A stretch of 63,972 bases of DNA, filler included, from Candidatus Hydrogenedentota bacterium (GTDB lineage: Bacteria > JBFMHD01): assembly GCA_040752395.1 (NCBI GenBank). It is 4 parts of 4 records of this genome, joined end to end, with 100 filler letters (N's around TTAATTAATTAA, not from the genome) between each part and the next. Parts side by side here need not be neighbours in the genome. Positions count along the whole stretch, not along the records: positions 49,025 to 63,972 come from JBFMHD010000056.1; 3 more parts are not named here. The stretch is one strand, 5' to 3'. How positions within the stretch are numbered: the first letter of the stretch is position 1; each line of letters opens with the position of its first letter. Shown piece after piece: positions 62,250-63,972 of the stretch. The translations under genes and the position numbers were made by a program. Below the pieces are notes generated by a model that saw nothing but the letters and a program-made list of their open reading frames with translations, was not told the origin of the DNA and searched no databases.

Positions 62250-62702
62250 TTATAAGCTTTTAATCCTTAGTTCGAATATTTTACCTTCAGGCGTAATCAA
62301 AACTACCCTGTCTTCACAGATTTTAATATTATAATTATCCGTCAAGACAGGATACACTATTTTATCTTTTATAGCAATCCATTTTTTATTGTTTGAGGTA
62401 TAAATCAATGCCACAGGATTATATTCATCCCAGATTAAACCGCCGAGTCTGTAGTCAACAGAGGCTTGAGTTGTTTGCACTTCGTAATCTATATTCTGAA
62501 CAAACGATTGTACCGGGATAAAAGGGTCTCGTAAATTGTATGACTTAAATTCGTATGATTCTCTTTTAAACTTTTGAGTATCTACATCGGCTTGTAATAA
62601 GATATCTTTTGTAATAACGGCTTTATTCACCTCGACACTCTTTCTGCTGCAGCTTATTAGTGCGATAACAGAAATTAAAAGCAATAATAAAAGATTTTTC
62701 AT
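62250..62702 (-). CDS. pilP: PilP-like lipoprotein
   Basis: Lipobox LISC, RDPF motif, LGGLIW..PVALI; lies between pilO and pilQ. Confidence 0.7.
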   Translation of the reverse strand: MKNLLLLLLISVIALISCSRKSVEVNKAVITKDILLQADVDTQKFKRESYEFKSYNLRDPFIPVQSFVQNIDYEVQTTQASVDYRLGGLIWDEYNPVALIYTSNNKKWIAIKDKIVYPVLTDNYNIKICEDRVVLITPEGKIFELRIKSL

Positions 62703-63253
62703 CTTGATACCCTGTATGTTGATAAATCCAGTGTAAAACTTATAGATGATTTTTTCTCGAGTTTGGAAACGATTTTTATATTGATGACTTTAACCAATCT
62801 TTCAAGTTTGGTTATCTCGGAAAGAAATAAGCCAAGTGACGGGAACCCGCCTGTTCCTTCAATATGTATCGGTACCTCCATATATTCTCCTTTGTTACCT
62901 TCCTGTGTCGGCGTGAATACATTCATTTTTATTCCAAAATTTTGCGCTAATTTTGAGAGGTTCTCAAGTATAACCTCGATCTCTTTTTCTGTGGGAAGCA
63001 CCTGTTTCGCTATCTCAAGTTCCTTTTTTAAATTATCTAATTGACCTTTAATAATAGCCTCTTTATTAGCAATGGTTTCTGCTTTATTTAGCTCTTCCTG
63101 TTTCTGATTGATTGTCTGAATCTTATTCTGGATGTCCAGCCAGAGGGGAGATAAAAAATATAGGTAGTATATGTAAATAGAACCCGCGATGAGTAAAGAT
63201 ATATAAATCGTTTTGTGCTTTTTTGGTATCTTGTCCCATCCAAGATTTAACAT
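62699..63253 (-). CDS. pilO: Type IV pilus protein PilO
   Basis: TM, coiled coil, LPTEKEI, EVPIHIE..G, LERLV. Confidence 0.9.
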   Translation of the reverse strand: MLNLGWDKIPKKHKTIYISLLIAGSIYIYYLYFLSPLWLDIQNKIQTINQKQEELNKAETIANKEAIIKGQLDNLKKELEIAKQVLPTEKEIEVILENLSKLAQNFGIKMNVFTPTQEGNKGEYMEVPIHIEGTGGFPSLGLFLSEITKLERLVKVINIKIVSKLEKKSSISFTLDLSTYRVSR

Positions 63254-63257
63254 ACTA

Positions 63258-63282
63258 CTCCTCTGAAAAACATTGTAACTCT
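63258..63282 (-). repeat. RBS-supplying repeat module upstream of pilO
   Basis: Minus strand AGAGTTACAATGTTTTTCAGAGGAG. Confidence 0.85.
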
Positions 63283-63290
63283 TGAATCTT

Positions 63291-63848
63291 TCAATATGTT
63301 TTCAACCTGCATCTTAAAAGGAAAGCGAGTTCCACGGTTTGGAGTTCTTCTTTGATTTTTCTAAAAGAAAAATTAACATCCTCGAAGACACCCGAACTTT
63401 TAACGCGAGATATGTATTGCACAAGGTTCTCTTCAGCACCTCGCTGGCTTGTTGATACAACTCTGCCATCAATATATATGCCACCAGCATCATTGTAAAA
63501 AGAAGCGAAATAAACGCCATCACTGATAGTCATATTCAAATCATCGAGAACCCGGGGCCATAAAGCCTGACCCTTTAATAACTCTTCAATAAGTAATACT
63601 TTCTTTTTTAATATATCTCTCTCTGTCTCAACTTTTTTAAGGTTTTCAACCACGGGCTTCAATTCATTCAAACGTTTATCTATTCTGGCAATTATATTAT
63701 CGAGATTAAAATTATAATAATAAATCCCCAAAGAAAAAAGTAATATACTGCTAATAGCGCCAAAAATACCTGCAATAATGAAATTTTTCCTTAGTCTTTC
63801 TTTTTTTCTTATATAGAATTCTTGTGGTAAAAGATTAAGTTGTAGCAT
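63291..63848 (-). CDS. pilN: Type IV pilus protein PilN
   Basis: LNLLP N-terminal motif, TM, coiled coil. Confidence 0.88.
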   Translation of the reverse strand: MLQLNLLPQEFYIRKKERLRKNFIIAGIFGAISSILLFSLGIYYYNFNLDNIIARIDKRLNELKPVVENLKKVETERDILKKKVLLIEELLKGQALWPRVLDDLNMTISDGVYFASFYNDAGGIYIDGRVVSTSQRGAEENLVQYISRVKSSGVFEDVNFSFRKIKEELQTVELAFLLRCRLKTY

Positions 63849-63852
63849 TATA

Positions 63853-63972
63853 CTCCTCTGAAAAACTTTGTAACTATAATAATATCAAGTAGAAGCAAGA
63901 AGCAAGAAGCAAGATAACGAAAAAGAAACATAACGAAAGAACCAAGAAGAAAGAGGCAAGATAAAGAAAGAG
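63853..63972 (-). repeat. RBS module plus heptamer tract upstream of pilN
   Basis: Minus strand TTCTTGC repeats, then CTTGATATTATTATAGTTACAAAGTTTTTCAGAGGAG. Confidence 0.9.

Overview
Low-GC scaffold from a diderm bacterium. It probably comes from a metagenome assembly, because three 100-nt N gaps carry a TTAATTAATTAA linker. Housekeeping genes include polC-proS-ispG, hpt, coaE, gap-pgk-tpiA, rseP, def-fmt and an LPS heptosyltransferase. Accessory content: (1) an integrase-less integron cassette array at about 7.4-13.1 kb, with six complete and one partial attC site and three toxin-antitoxin cassettes, two of which have dead toxins; (2) a MoeB-JAB-ThiS remnant module bracketed by 176-bp inverted repeats; (3) type IV pilus genes in two clusters, including an apparently split PilX fused to a giant secreted passenger; (4) an operon encoding a giant dockerin-ending surface protein, a cohesin plus T9SS-like CTD adaptor, a PorV-like barrel and a second barrel; (5) a pervasive family of modular intergenic repeats whose conserved 3' module supplies the ribosome-binding site for many unrelated genes. 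All product calls come from motif recognition by eye; no database searches were run.
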